The notes below the pieces were generated by a model, which was not told the DNA's origin, did no database searches, and saw only the letters and a program-made list of their open reading frames with translations. This document shows positions 34,792 to 47,590 of a stretch of 64,000 bases of DNA, piece after piece. Numbering within the stretch: the first letter of the stretch is position 1; each line of letters opens with the position of its first letter. The stretch is taken from NCBI GenBank assembly GCA_030295235.1, contig AP026151.1, forward strand, positions 496,001 through 560,000. The letters are read 5' to 3'. The position numbers and the translations under genes were made by a program. Origin of the DNA: Fistulifera solaris. Lineage: Eukaryota.

Positions 34792-37215
34792 ATGCGAAAG
34801 ACGGTGCTTCTCCTTGCTTGTATCGGAACGTGCTCGGCCTTCCAACCAACAACCTTCATTCAAAACAAAGGGCAACCTCGACCTTTATTCGCCGTCGAAA
34901 AGCCTAAAAACGAAGAGCCTGAGGAAAAGAAATTTCGTTTCCCTCGATTTCTGAAACGTTGGCGTAATTATGCGGCAATCACTGCTTTTTCGTTGACGAG
35001 CGTCGTAACGCCTTTGGCAGCCCAGGCATCGGCTCCAGTCATGGCGATACCAAAGGCGGAACAGCGTGACCCCATAACGGATGCACTGATCGAGCGTCAA
35101 CGCCGTCAAACAGTAGAAGCACAGCAGGAGCTTCAGAGAATGGCGAAGCAAGCTCGAGAGATAGAAGCTACGCAAGGGGAAGCTGCTCGTTTGAACTTTG
35201 AAAAAGAGTATTATCGCCAGAAGGAGGAAGAAGCAGCCGCAAAGAAAGTTGGATTGAGGCAGTTGAAACTGGATCTTCTCGAACAAGGTATTGATCCATT
35301 TACCGACATTGAAGGTCAGCGGCAGACTATCTTGTATGAAAAGGGTGTTGACTTGGCCGAGGTTTCCGGTACACCGTTCAATCTAGAAAAGGAGTTGGCG
35401 AGGCGATCCCCGAAAAAGACGGTTGCATTTCAAAAAGCCCCTCATCGTAAAATCATTGCGTGCATGGTTCAGGAACTGAACAACCGTGGAGAGGATCCGA
35501 TCGAATACTTTCAAAAGCATCAAGATAAGACTAGCAAAATCATGGAGATGCCGTATGAGAAGGCCGCCCTACTTGCTCAGCAATTTTCCGCGAATCTGGA
35601 ACAGTATGGACAGGTTCGTAAGCCTGCTGAGGGTGAAAAGAGCGTCAAGGAAATGATGGTGAAAGATCCCGCTCAGATCAAGGCGGAGAAAGAGGCTTTG
35701 GCACAAGCGGCGAAATTAAAAGCTAAAGCGGAGAAAGAAGCTGCCAAGGCTGCCGCCAAGGGAGAAAAAAGAAGCCAAAAAGGCTCAAGCGGAACTCGAG
35801 AAAACGGCTAGTGCCGCACCTGCAATGGAGACTGAGGCTCTTGGCTCTGACCTCCCCGCTGACGTTGTAGACGACGAACAATCTTACGATGATGGTGCTA
35901 TATCCAGCATCCCGGCGCCCGTTCCTTCAAAGGCAGCGACGGAACAGAAAATTCCCCCATCGTACCCGTCTCTGCAACCATCGTGACTGTTGCTGGAGGT
36001 GGGTATGCCATCAACTTGATACGCGAGAAACGCGCTGAAGCAGAAGCGGAGCGCCAGCGTCAGTTCAAGTTGCTCATGGGGGTAGATGACGATAATGATG
36101 AAGATGACAGTCTAGATACCGACTACAGCCCGCAGAAAACCATACAAAATAATGCACCATCGGGATCGAGCTCGGCAACGAAGAAGGAGGTGCCGACCTT
36201 TGAACCGCAAGACGCGCCTGCGCCCAAAAAACGACGCCTTGGAATTAAAGGTGTGTTTGGCAAAAAGGGCAGTGGGCGCGCGACTGACTTGAGTACCTTG
36301 GTCGGACCTGGTGGAAACTATCCACAGTTTGCCGCCCTTTTGGCAAAGATCTTGACTTTTGGAGCGCCTGGTCGGTTCCCCACCGTTGTGAAGCTCCCAG
36401 GAGGAATGCCGATGGATGAATTTGATTTAGAGAAGGCCAAGCAACTGCTTACTGAAGCGAGAGAGTCGTCGGGTCTGGAGCTGGCAGACTCGGCGGAAAT
36501 CTTTGCGAATGTTGTAAACTGCATGTTGATTGATATTGTCGATTTGGCATCCACGTCATTGAAAGAAAAAGGTGATGTTACTGTCAAATCCATCAATATT
36601 GTTGTTGACTTTATGAACCATGCTGCTTCGCTTTATGAGTCTGTAGCCGAAGGTGTGGTCATCAAACCAGTTGTCTATGAGGGCGATTTAAGCAAGGCCA
36701 AGTTAGAACAGTTGTATAGCACGTACGCTGTTTCTGGAATGATGGGCATGTTTGGAGGTGATGGAGGGACTGCTGTATCGGAAGACTTTGATAGCCGAGT
36801 AGCCTTACTGCAAGATGTATTCCAAATTAACGAGAAGAAAGCTGAGGGACTTATGATGAAGGCTGTACAAAAGAATATGCTGGAAATGATGAAAGAAGGG
36901 AAAAACTTGGAAGGCATGGAAGAAATGTTGAAGGGATTGGGTGGTATGGACGGAATGAACGGATTGGCGGGTTTGATGGGCGAAGACGGTGAAGGCCCTA
37001 GTCCTGAACAGCTAAAGGAAATGTTGATTTCTCTCAAGCAAATGAAAGATTCTGGATCGATTCCGCCAAACGAATTCGAAGAAGTGAAGAAGCAGTTCAA
37101 AGAGGCTTTTGGCTCCAGTTTAGATGATGTGGTAAAAGACGCGAGCAAAGATGGCGAGTTGAGTAGCACGGAGAAAGAGTTGTTGGAGCTAATGAAGGCA
37201 ATAATGGATGACTAG
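34792..37215 (+). CDS. Plastid-targeted hypothetical membrane protein (frameshifts 35760-35980)
   Basis: MRKTVLLLACIGTCSAF-QP bipartite presequence; two long ORFs with a coding-like linker and a TM segment. Confidence 0.7.
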
Positions 37216-37349
37216 AATTAAATTATTTTACTTGAACGAATATGGCACGCTTAGACTTAATTAGCTCTGAAAAGAGCAAACTTTAAAGCTAATAAGCTCA
37301 TCAAATGTTAAAATTTAAGTTCTAGTGTACTTGGATTGGTGAATGGTAT

Positions 37350-38916
37350 TTATTCTGGCGATGAGTCAATCATGCCCAAGTCAACCAATATACGATATGC
37401 GCGCTCCTTCAAAGGAAGTGCGATGTACTTCTTCTGCAACTCAGCCTCCTCGTCGGGGCTGAGAGGTTGCCGTCGGTACTGTTTCTTCTTTCCGATGGTT
37501 GAGCTCATATCGTCAATTGATGTTTCACTGTTTCCTTCACCTGCAGTAACTTTTTCCTCATTGACTGGCATCGGAATGTCCATCTCTGGTACCTTTTCGT
37601 GGTCTGGTATTGTAATCTCAGCTTGCAAGGTGTCTGAATCTTCAACTTTTCCAACGCTCACTGGCTCAATCTTTGTGGCTTCAGTCAGAGGCCTTTCTTG
37701 CTTCAATCGTTCTTCAAGCAAAGCCCTTCGAGCCGCTTCTTCTTCCTTTACCTTTCTTAATCGTGTCTCTTCTTCTTTTAGTCTTTCTTCCAATAAAGCC
37801 CGACGAGTGGCTTCTTCTTTCAGAACCGAAGCCGCTTTAGCGGTCTTTTGATATCATCTTCCTGTAGAGGGTCATCGACACTCAGGTTGTTCTTGCTCTT
37901 ACCATCAAGTTCATCTGCCAACCCCTTGCTTCCTTCATTGTTTTGCGTGTAATCTACTGACTCAGTCCCTTTCGTTGATATCTTGATGACTTCGTCTGTT
38001 GCTCGTACTTGTTCTTCCATGGTCTCATCTTTCTTTACCGACATTTTCCCTTGATCCATTGTGGCATCCTTCTCCACTTTTTTCTCCTGCAAATCTTCCT
38101 GGATTATTGGGGTAACTTTTTTGACGGCTTTAATTCCTTTGGGTTTGGTAGTTGTTGGGCTTTCTTTCTCGATAATCTCGGCAGAGGGATCCGAAATGAC
38201 TCTTACGTCTTCCTCGATCAGAGGCACACTAGATGTTACAAACTTCTCGGCATCATCTGTCTCGGAAGCTTTGGCAGTCTTGTCACCGCCAAAAGTTGCT
38301 CCAATTCGCGAAAAGCTTCCTTGGAGATCGACGACGGCAGAGGCTGCACTTGCAACTCTGAAGTAGTAGGAGCACTTTTTTCTTTCATTTCATCTTCGTC
38401 ATCGCTGATCGGAGGTACCAGCGACAGCCCTAATACCGTGCCCCCTCCTGCAGCAAGCATGATGACTCTGCGTTTGGTCCAGACAGTTCCTTTTTTCGAC
38501 GAGACCGGAATAGTGGCTAATTGAGTATCTCCATTGACGGTAGTCGATGTCAACTGCACCGTTTCTCGTAGTGCGATGCCATTCGAAGACGCTCGCAGTT
38601 CTTCGGTCGTTGTCGCGTCGTCTTTTGGAAAAAGTGCGCCGACTGGTCGAGGAAATGTGAAGGATGCAGCGAATAAAAGAGATGCCAATGCCCGTCTCTT
38701 CTTCTTGTTTGCTGTTGGACGAAACCACGGTGGTAAAATCGCCACCAGTCGATGACGCCATTTTCCTGTTCTATCTGCATCAATTTCCTCGTTCGCCGTA
38801 GTCATGGGTAAAGAAGAAAAGTCCGACACACGAGGTGAAAGATATGACGGCACGAATGCGTGAGAGCTTTGCAGAACGCATAGCAACAGAACTAACGCGC
38901 TTCTAACTTTCATCAT
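37350..38916 (-). CDS. Plastid-targeted hypothetical protein, three frameshifted ORF pieces
   Basis: SSHAF-VP presequence; E/K-rich body; C-terminal KERAYRILVDLGMI. Confidence 0.65.
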
Positions 38917-39347
38917 TCGGAGGCGGGTCTTAGATGAATATATATGTTAATAGCTTGGGGTGTCAGTTTGGCTATAATTGTTTATTCTCTATTCGAAGAT
39001 CTCAATCTGAAATCTGAATGAATCATCATCGTCATCATCGCTTCAAACAAATCATATTCTTTCATTATTCTGTTCCTCGTTCGTGCTTGATTTATACATA
39101 GACGAGCCAACCCCTACGACATTCATCCCTTAAGTACCGTATACCAGTGCTGAGGCTACATAGACGACCCAAAAAGGCCCCGACCACCAGACCTGTCCGT
39201 GTTCCCACCTTTTCGACAACAACGACAATAATAACAAACACAAACACAAACACGAAATGCATAATAGGCTTTCGTGTTCGACGAGAGCCTTGAATCAATA
39301 AAATAACTTAGAAAGCTTGAGTATGATATTGACAAATCACAGCTAAG

Positions 39348-40094
39348 ATGACGAGACCACGACCAGCCCTCAGTGTACTCATGAGCTTGTTAGCATTAGC
39401 CAACGGTTTCACGACAGTCATCCAGCCCCAATCATGTGTTCGGGTGTCTCCGCTGTGGATGCAATCGTGGCAACGCTTGAGTCCCCAAAAGCCTTGTATT
39501 GTTACGTACTTTCAAGCTGACGACACAGAGCTGGAATTTGAAGAGGCAGAAACGCCTGTGAGCAAATATTTCGACCAAATAAAGAGCATGATTTACTTTT
39601 TGTGGATGCGAAGCGCGGTCGCTTTCATGTGTGCGAGTCAAAGGGATACGGCTTCGAGCGTCATAGATGAACCTGCAGATACGGAAACTATCGACAATTC
39701 TATTGAAGTTCCCCAAGAAGTCACAGAAGAAGAATTGGCATCCCAAATTGGAAACGAAAATTCGAATCATTTAGAAGATGTAGTCGAGGCGGATGAAGTA
39801 TTAATGGAAGATCAAGTACCAGTGACCGACCCAGAGATTGAAACGTCAATAGAAGCTGAGCACAGCGAACTTACGACTGACCCGGTAAAGGAGGAAAAGC
39901 AAGTCACAATTGATAGTGAGCGGCCATCCACAATGCATGCTAGAGAAGGTGACCGCGTTGTTGCTCTAAAGGATGAGTTCTTGGATCCCATGCTAGAGGC
40001 AATCTCGCTAGATTTTGGTCGACCATTAGAAATAGTTGAGACTGGTGTCCCTCCGTTGCGCGAAAAGTCAAAGCCTGAAGCAAGCTCGACATAA
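39348..40094 (+). CDS. Hypothetical acidic protein with signal peptide
   Basis: 248-aa ORF; LLALANGF presequence. Confidence 0.6.
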   Translation: MTRPRPALSVLMSLLALANGFTTVIQPQSCVRVSPLWMQSWQRLSPQKPCIVTYFQADDTELEFEEAETPVSKYFDQIKSMIYFLWMRSAVAFMCASQRDTASSVIDEPADTETIDNSIEVPQEVTEEELASQIGNENSNHLEDVVEADEVLMEDQVPVTDPEIETSIEAEHSELTTDPVKEEKQVTIDSERPSTMHAREGDRVVALKDEFLDPMLEAISLDFGRPLEIVETGVPPLREKSKPEASST

Positions 40095-40188
40095 ATTACA
40101 GATAATGAAGCAATGTAGGCAGCAGCGAAAGGTCTTATTCGCTTTTTTTAGACTGAATTACTCTTGATCCTATTACCCTACATATCAT

Positions 40189-41601
40189 TCATTTATTGAA
40201 TCCTTGTCCCATGACTGGAAGCTTTGGAGTGAGTGGAAGAGCCAGCCCTTCGTTCGCAACGCGTCTGTGGATCTCAGCGCGAAGGCTTCGGATGACTTCC
40301 ACGGGTCGTGCAAACGGCCCCGAAGCGTTGACAGTTTCCTGAAGATCAGCAATTTCTTTTTCGCTCCACCCCCTAGACCAACCATCTGTGAAATGTAAAC
40401 GCTGTTTTTGCAAAGAGGACAGTCCGGTGTAAGACTCAGAACGGCCGCGACTTGTTCTCGATCAAGGCTGCAGACAACTTCTTGGTTTTGGCTACCATAC
40501 AGAATACCGTTTGTGCGCTGGAGCTTTCCGATCTTTACAACAACTCCACTTTCAGTCTTTAGATCAACAAGAGCACCCAATCGAGCCTCAAGAATCTGAA
40601 TGCGTGCGACCGACTCACGGACTACGAAACGTAAATTATCTCCTGGAGGACAACTATCTGACATTTCAACAAGATCGGAGAACTCTGGAATTGTGAGGCG
40701 CACCGGCTCTTCTCCCGCATATTCGTGGCTCTGAATCAATGGCGACGAAAGTAGTTTTACATACACCACGCGTAGGTCCTCAGGAGATTTCTGATCCGGC
40801 TGAAGACCAATCTGGATTCGGTGACTGCCCAAAACTTCAATTGCAAATACCAGGCCACCCTCACTATCGGGACCGGTCGCTGGCTCCAACCCGATGATAC
40901 GGATGCCACTAAGCTCCTCCATTACAGCAACAAGCTTTTCATAGAATTCTTGTACTTCATCGAGACGCTGTACTTCGCTCTCGAGTTTTTCGTTTTCGAG
41001 GCGCAACTGTTCAAGGTGGGTCGGGTTTACGTTCTCGTCAGCAACTTCTAGCTTTTCAATTCGGACTTCCAATTCCCTGGACTCATTTTGAACTTTGGCA
41101 ATTTCTGCTTTCAATGACGCAGCTTGCTGTTGCAAAAGAAGCAGCTGCTCTTCTTGATGTGCCAGTTCTTCTTCATCGACGTCGGTGTCATCTTCCATCG
41201 AGTCGTCTTCCATTGCTGTATTCATGTTTTCCATCTCCTTCATGAGTTGATGCAAATTTTCGCGTTTCGTAGTGAAATGCGCGTACTTGCTTTGCAAGTC
41301 AGCCTTCGCCGTTTGAAAGTTGTGAATTTGTGCGACCAGATTCGAAAAGACTTCTCGCTGTCGCATTTCCAATGCTGCTTGCTCCTCTTCTGTTGGTGCC
41401 TCGATACTCGGACTTTTCTTTTTCCGCTTCAGCAATGAAAGCGTGAAGGATGCGACGTTTCAAATACTCATCACGAACCTGCTCATAGCGAGGCAAAAGA
41501 GTCGCGGAATCGAAAGGAGTGGTATGAAATTGCTCGTCGATATCAAAGTCTTTCAATGATTCAAGGGTCTCTCGAACCTTGCGCAAGTCTACGGAAGCCA
41601 T
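40189..41601 (-). CDS. Coiled-coil plus globular C-terminal protein, possibly kinetochore-type; frameshifts ~41430 and ~40365
   Basis: Three overlapping ORF pieces; long coiled coil ending ELSGIRI, followed by beta-rich segments. Confidence 0.6.
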
Positions 41602-42284
41602 CTCTTCTTGTTGTCTTGAAATAACTTTGTTGGTCAGGTTGATCACCGCATGTACTGTTTTGAAAGAAGAAGACGCACACTGCAGATTTGCAGCAGCAGT
41701 TTATTGCAGGACCAACGTCGTCAACAAAAACACGGAATTTCTTTGAATGCAACTGCCGCGCGCGCCTGCCCGCTCACTTAGACAAATCAAAACTATGCCC
41801 TAACTCCAAAACGTCAAAAACTTGCAACCGGTAAAATATCTTTTGCTTATAGCTCCTCTCACGGTAGACCTATGTCAGTTGGCCTCGAGCTAGACCTCTA
41901 GTTAGTTACTCAGTCGGTCTAAAGCTTACGTAAAACTAAAAATTTATCAGAACTAATAGCTTTTGAGAGTTTCTCGCTTGTTACTTTCGCTAGGGCAAAA
42001 GTGTACACGTTGCAAACACAAAGAGGGAGTAAAAGGTTTGTCTACGTGGTTGACGAGGACTTGGGACAGAAGAGTCTGCAATTGATTAAAGCGTTGTAAA
42101 CACGGGTAACATTGTGGACCAGGAACACGCAACAATGAGCTCTTTGTACTACGGGCGAGAGCCGGCAGTCGAACGTTATACAGCAATTAGGTGCATTGTT
42201 ATCACTACGAGCGAGTGAACATGAATTATGGACTATGGACGTCTGCACCTTTGTGTGCCTAATATTTGGTTACTTTCTGTAAGG

Positions 42285-42542
42285 CTACCGTTCCCAGCGA
42301 CTCTCCGTCACTTTATTGCTGTCGTCTTTGTACATCCAGTTGTCGGCTTGAATCGACTGCAATAAGCCTCTGAGCGAGTGCAACTTGGCTTTCAGAAGCT
42401 CCCGATGACTGTTTGCCGCTGCTTCTTCATGTTCGTGCTCCTCACTGATACTATTGAGGCGGTCTTCGTGCTCCGGAGGGGATATCTCGTGGTGTTGCTG
42501 TTGGTCCAGACGACGAAGAAAAGAGTTACCAGTTGATTGCAT
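42285..42542 (-). CDS. Small protein, APC16-like
   Basis: 85 aa; C-terminal helix KLHSLRGLLQSIQADNWMY resembles the APC16 L..L..D.W.[FY] motif. Confidence 0.45.
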   Translation of the reverse strand: MQSTGNSFLRRLDQQQHHEISPPEHEDRLNSISEEHEHEEAAANSHRELLKAKLHSLRGLLQSIQADNWMYKDDSNKVTESRWER

Positions 42543-42835
42543 TGTTAGCTGTTGTTCCTCGTATGATACAGGAAGCTTATATTGTTCCGAAGCAATTTCT
42601 AATATACTCGAAAGTACTACGACTGTTGTTATGCTGTATGGAGCGCTTTACAGATACCAAATATTGATGGATTGCGCGATCGTTTTATTTTATACTTCCA
42701 TGTGCTCCGCCATCATGGTCGTCGTTTTTTTTTGCGTGCTTTCATGACTCGACTAAGGTTAGTAGGTTTACAAAATTCTTGGTTTTTCGCATTATGGACT
42801 CTAGAGACTACCGGTACATGTCATTTTTACAAAAA

Positions 42836-43242
42836 ATGATCATTTGCTCTGCTGCAACAACGCGAATTCAATGATAGTACTACGAAACATCTGTTGCCCT
42901 GTTGATTTCTGCGCCGGTCCGCTCCTTTTGGTGAGAAACAGCCAACGAAGCGTCTCGGTGCTTGCCGCACACAAAGCAGTCGGTGACATGTGCGACAAAT
43001 TGCGCGGACTAGAAATCGAGCTTTCCGATTGCTTTGATAAGGAGAGTCTGTGTCAGAGACTGGAAGATGCGAGGAATGACAAAAGAAAGTCTCAGGCGAG
43101 ACAATTGGTAGCCGACGCAAGCCCCAAAACCGACGCGGCACCAAAAAAGACCATCGACAGCGCTGACTTGCTCCACGAGATTCGCAGCATGTCCGCACGA
43201 GCATTGCGCGAAGATCTCGCGAATCAAATAGCTCTGTTCTAA
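42836..43242 (+). pseudogene. Truncated or degenerate gene fragment
   Basis: SDCFDKESLCQRLEDAR and EIRSMSARALREDL look like short helical repeat units; no clean start; stop overlaps the stop of the convergent gene. Confidence 0.4.
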
Positions 43243-45084
43243 CAAAAGGACAAACCTCCAATACGAAACATATCACCTCCGGTCATCTGGAGTGTTAATT
43301 TTGTCGAATAGCAATCAGAAGATAAAGCTGGCAATGCTAGTGTTTCCGTGAAATATTCACTGGTCAACTTTTCATGAAATCCCGAAAGCACAGTGGACGA
43401 AACTAACTTTTCACACTGATGGACAGTTGCTTCTACTGTGCTGTTGTACCACTTCTCCGAGTAACTCTTCATGTAAATAATTGTGATTGTTGTCACGGTA
43501 GAGTTGGTTGCAGAAGTATTTAGGTGAAGGACGGCAGTTCCATTTCGCGACCCGTACAAACCATAGTTTGTAGGCGGCCATGTCTGGACGTTTGTCCAGT
43601 TGTCTGACTTTACCAGAATTGATTCGATACCTTCAAAATGGCTGTGTTCGTCTTCTTTGCGCAAAGCAATCCATCCAAAAGGGCAACCCCTGGTTCGGTC
43701 CTCTGCAGTGCAGTTTTCAAAACTAGCAGCAAGATGATCCGACCATTCCTTGCCAAAGCCGTCGAGTGCAACTTTTTTATCAAGATGAGGACGGAAATAG
43801 GAATCGAGCATCTGGCTCGTTTGCTTTGAGCTCGGATTATGTTCCGCTGCTTTGCGTTCCAGTTGCTGCTCGCAAAGATCAACAATGATATGAAGAGAAT
43901 TAAAAGCAAATGCCAGGACGATAGCCACATGTCCTCCCCACGGAATATGCTTGCTATCACCCCTCCAGTCCACGAGAAGCTTTTTCTTCCTCGCTGTCGC
44001 TGAGCAGAAAATCTTGGATCATGTCGACAAAACTTATGGTCAGCACTTGATGATATCGCGTAAGTTTGCTTATTTCCGCACGATAACTTTCCACGGCTTC
44101 GACAGAATGTCCCTTTAAGAAGTTGACGGAAAAGTCATCCAGAAAAATAGCAAATGGTCGATCCTTTGAACAGCTGGTTAAATCCTGGATCACGTCGAGA
44201 AAGGCGGTAAACAGATTCTGGAAAGAGAGAGTGCCATCCTTTTGTTCACCACTGTGATACGAGAAATCATTGACGGCGTACGCATCAATGACGATATCGG
44301 GTCCTTGCGAAAGCATCGACAGGGGAAAGAGTCGCAGCTGGAGCATCATGGTAGCAAGTTGTGAACCCGATGCGCCAATCGCATAATTGACGACTCGTAT
44401 GGCATCAAAGCCCAGATAAGCGTTCACAAACCCTTGTAGGTGACCAGGCCACGCACACTGCCCTTGTTTCTTGACTTTGCCATTTCGTTCGCAGTTTGAG
44501 CCAGCTGTTGGAGACCCTCCAAAGACCAGGACTTGAAGAGGTGGGTTGTTGACTGCGTCCTTGTACCTTTTCCATAAAATATCTAGAATGCGCCGCAATT
44601 TAATGTCATCTGCAGCCAGGGTCGCTGGTCGAACGGATCTTCGCAGGACAGTAAGCGGAAGTGCTAGAACGACTCGGTCGATCAGAAGCTTGAGTTCTTG
44701 GGAACGTGATCCAAAAGGTTCATTCGCAGGACTGAATAACAAAGCCTCCTTGATGAGTGAAATGTCTTTGGTCCATATAGTACCAACGGAAGGTAAACCA
44801 CGTTGAGAATAGTTGCCATCGACCAGTCGATGGCAAATTTGCGCGAGAGAGTCGTCGTCGTTCTTCCAAACTAGTTGATTGCCTCCCAACTGGAGTTCCT
44901 CCACACGTTCCTTTGGTATATGAAGCGCCGCAATCGCTTTGAAATCGTTCCTTAAATATAGTGAGAAGATTTCGTGCAGGGACACCAAGAAGCACAGTGC
45001 GAGCGCCAGAAAAGCCACTACATGTTTGATCTTGATCGGCGAAGTAATTCCGATGTTTTTTTTCGTTGTTGTATCATCCGACAT
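43239..45084 (-). CDS. Type II membrane SGNH-hydrolase-like protein (frameshift ~43962)
   Basis: N-terminal TM; blocks VLVFGGSPTAG, NYAIGASGS, DIVIDAYAVND, KHIPWGGH. Confidence 0.7.
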
Positions 45085-45527
45085 TACGGTGGTACTGGTA
45101 TAAAACAAATAATAAGATAATCGATCTCTGGTAACACAGAATTGGGAGTTGATCTGCGATCAATGGATCGAAAGACACCAACACTCAGCAACTACAACAA
45201 CACGAAGATCAAAATGGGAAACGGGAGAAGAATACGTATAATAATCATCTCTCGTAGAAAAGCAAATACGTATTACAGTATGTAACTACGTACGTACCGG
45301 TACCAGGTACTCCCGTCCGTAATAATCCGTAATACGGAGTAGCGTACAGTTATAACGTGGTGCTATCATAGAATCGACTAAGGTTAGTAGGTTTACAAAG
45401 GGCTCGCATCTTACATACAAAGTACTGTACGGAGTAGTCATTTTTATTTATGCGACCCGCAGTGATGAGACGCATACGATCTTCCAAGCATCATTGACAC
45501 CAATTACGGAATGAATAATATTCTATT

Positions 45528-47590
45528 ATGGCGAACTCTCGCTTGTTGTGATCTCAAATTCAATGACAGGGGAGAAGGGATTTCGTCGCGGCTTCCTGCT
45601 TGAAAAGCCGGAAAAAGCGAAAAGAGAGCACCCCGAAGAACACAAATGTATCATCAGCACTTTTAGACATAGAAAGTACTTCGCGTTCTGTTTTCGAGGT
45701 TCAGGGAACTGAGATTTGTGCAGCTGAGGCTGAGCCTGAGAGGCCTTGGAAAAGGATGAGGAGTCGTCGTCGTTATTGACTGCGGTGAAGACAACTTCCC
45801 GATCACCTCCTTGCGTCAATTGTTTGGAGTTTCCCGAAGAACTGTCTAAAGCAGAAAACGCGACAACAACCTTTGCGAAGCCCTCGGTCGTAAGAGAAGC
45901 AGTAGCACTTGTGAGTCCAGAACCAAGGCCAAAATGGCTACTTGCAGAAGAGCCCTCTCGAACCGATTCCTCTCAGGTGCCAGAAAACGAACCGATAATA
46001 AGTCAGGATATAGAAGAAGAAGATGACAATGACATAAATGAGGATCTTGCGAAAACGCTTCTTCTAATGAAACGAAGTTCTGATTGGCGGAAAATTGGGT
46101 CTCATTTCGTCCAGGCGCATTTGCAAACTGCGAAGAAGCGAACTAACGTTTGGGATCTAATTGTCGATGGTGACCTTAATCTACCGAAATCTCGTCTCGC
46201 CCTTTGCTTAGTATCACATCATGGAATTGATCCAATAAGAGCAGGCTTGAAAGATACGAGAAGCAAATCAGCGCGGTGTCGTGCGATGAAATGTCTTACA
46301 TTAATCGAGTATTATCTAGATCAAGACGGAGTTGAGTATGATCTCGTTGAGCTCTTGCTACCGGAGATTAGATGTTTGGTAAAGTCAGAAAAGGGAAGGA
46401 CATATCTAGCACAACAGTCTATGGAGGTTGCCATTAAACTGATTTCTGCTGCAGCCATTGTTGGCACGCATGACGGTGATGTGGCCACGTTGCTTCATAA
46501 CTACATATCAATTGTTGACGAGCTTCTCTGCACGCAATTGGATTGGTTCGGCGATGATATTCACTGGTTCACTGTTGAAGGAGCACGACGATGGTGCAAG
46601 TTCGTCGTTTCAACACACTGGCGGTATGTGAACGAAACTCATAGAGACCGGGGAAAGGCAATCGATTGGTGCAGAGCGCTGCAGGGGACTAGCGCACATA
46701 ATGTGCAGGTTTCAAGCTTCTCTGCGACGCTTCTTCCATCTTCCGAATTTCCATTTGATAGCTTCATTGCATCACTCCGGGTATCGCTGGAAGGAAACGA
46801 CCTTAAATATGCGGGTTTCTTGAATGGCTTCCTCGCCTGGCTGGGTCGCAAAGCGACCAGGATTCAGATCGACCTCAACGACAAACGAGATTGTATCGAG
46901 GATCTTTTACTCGAGCTATTAAAGCAGACAGCTCATCCAGTCTCACTTACTGCCGCTCTGTAAGTTATTTGATTATGCTTCTGTTATCAAGTCAAGTTAA
47001 AAATCATCTGACCGCTCTCTTGTTTCAGGAATGCTCTATGGTCATGTAATGGTTTCGTTCCAGGCGATGTGCTCCGCATGTCGATTCCACTAAAGCGCCT
47101 TCCGCACTCATTGGAACGCATGCTTGCTCTTGTTTCGAGGGAGAATGCCGATATCACCAAAGAATACGGGATGGTTCGAAACTTTGCGCTAAACACGTTA
47201 TCCTGCTCATTGAAACTAATAGGGACGAGTTTATTGGAACTTCTGTCTCATTATGATATTGAAAGAGATCTCATCGAAAACGTGTCTGAACAAAACTAGC
47301 CACGCTGCACACGTTTACGGATCCAGATGTCGGCTTCCAGTTTTGAGAACATCAAACGTAGCGCTAAAACGTGTCAGTAGCTCGATGTTTGAGAGCCTTT
47401 TTAGCAAAAAGACTATGACTTTTCGCACTATGCTATCGAAATCTACTGGGGTATAACTGCCTGCCTTCAGCAACAGAGGACTACAAATTGGCCTGCGTTG
47501 CATCGTGAACATAAAACATTGATGTTCAAAGCGAACACTGACATCGATTAGAAACCAAAGGTTACTATCGAATGCCGCACCGCGCAGCAA
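45528..47590 (+). CDS. Hypothetical helical protein; intron ~46960-47028, frameshifts; ends approximate
   Basis: 405-aa ORF plus downstream pieces joined by GTAAGT..TTTCAG. Confidence 0.5.
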
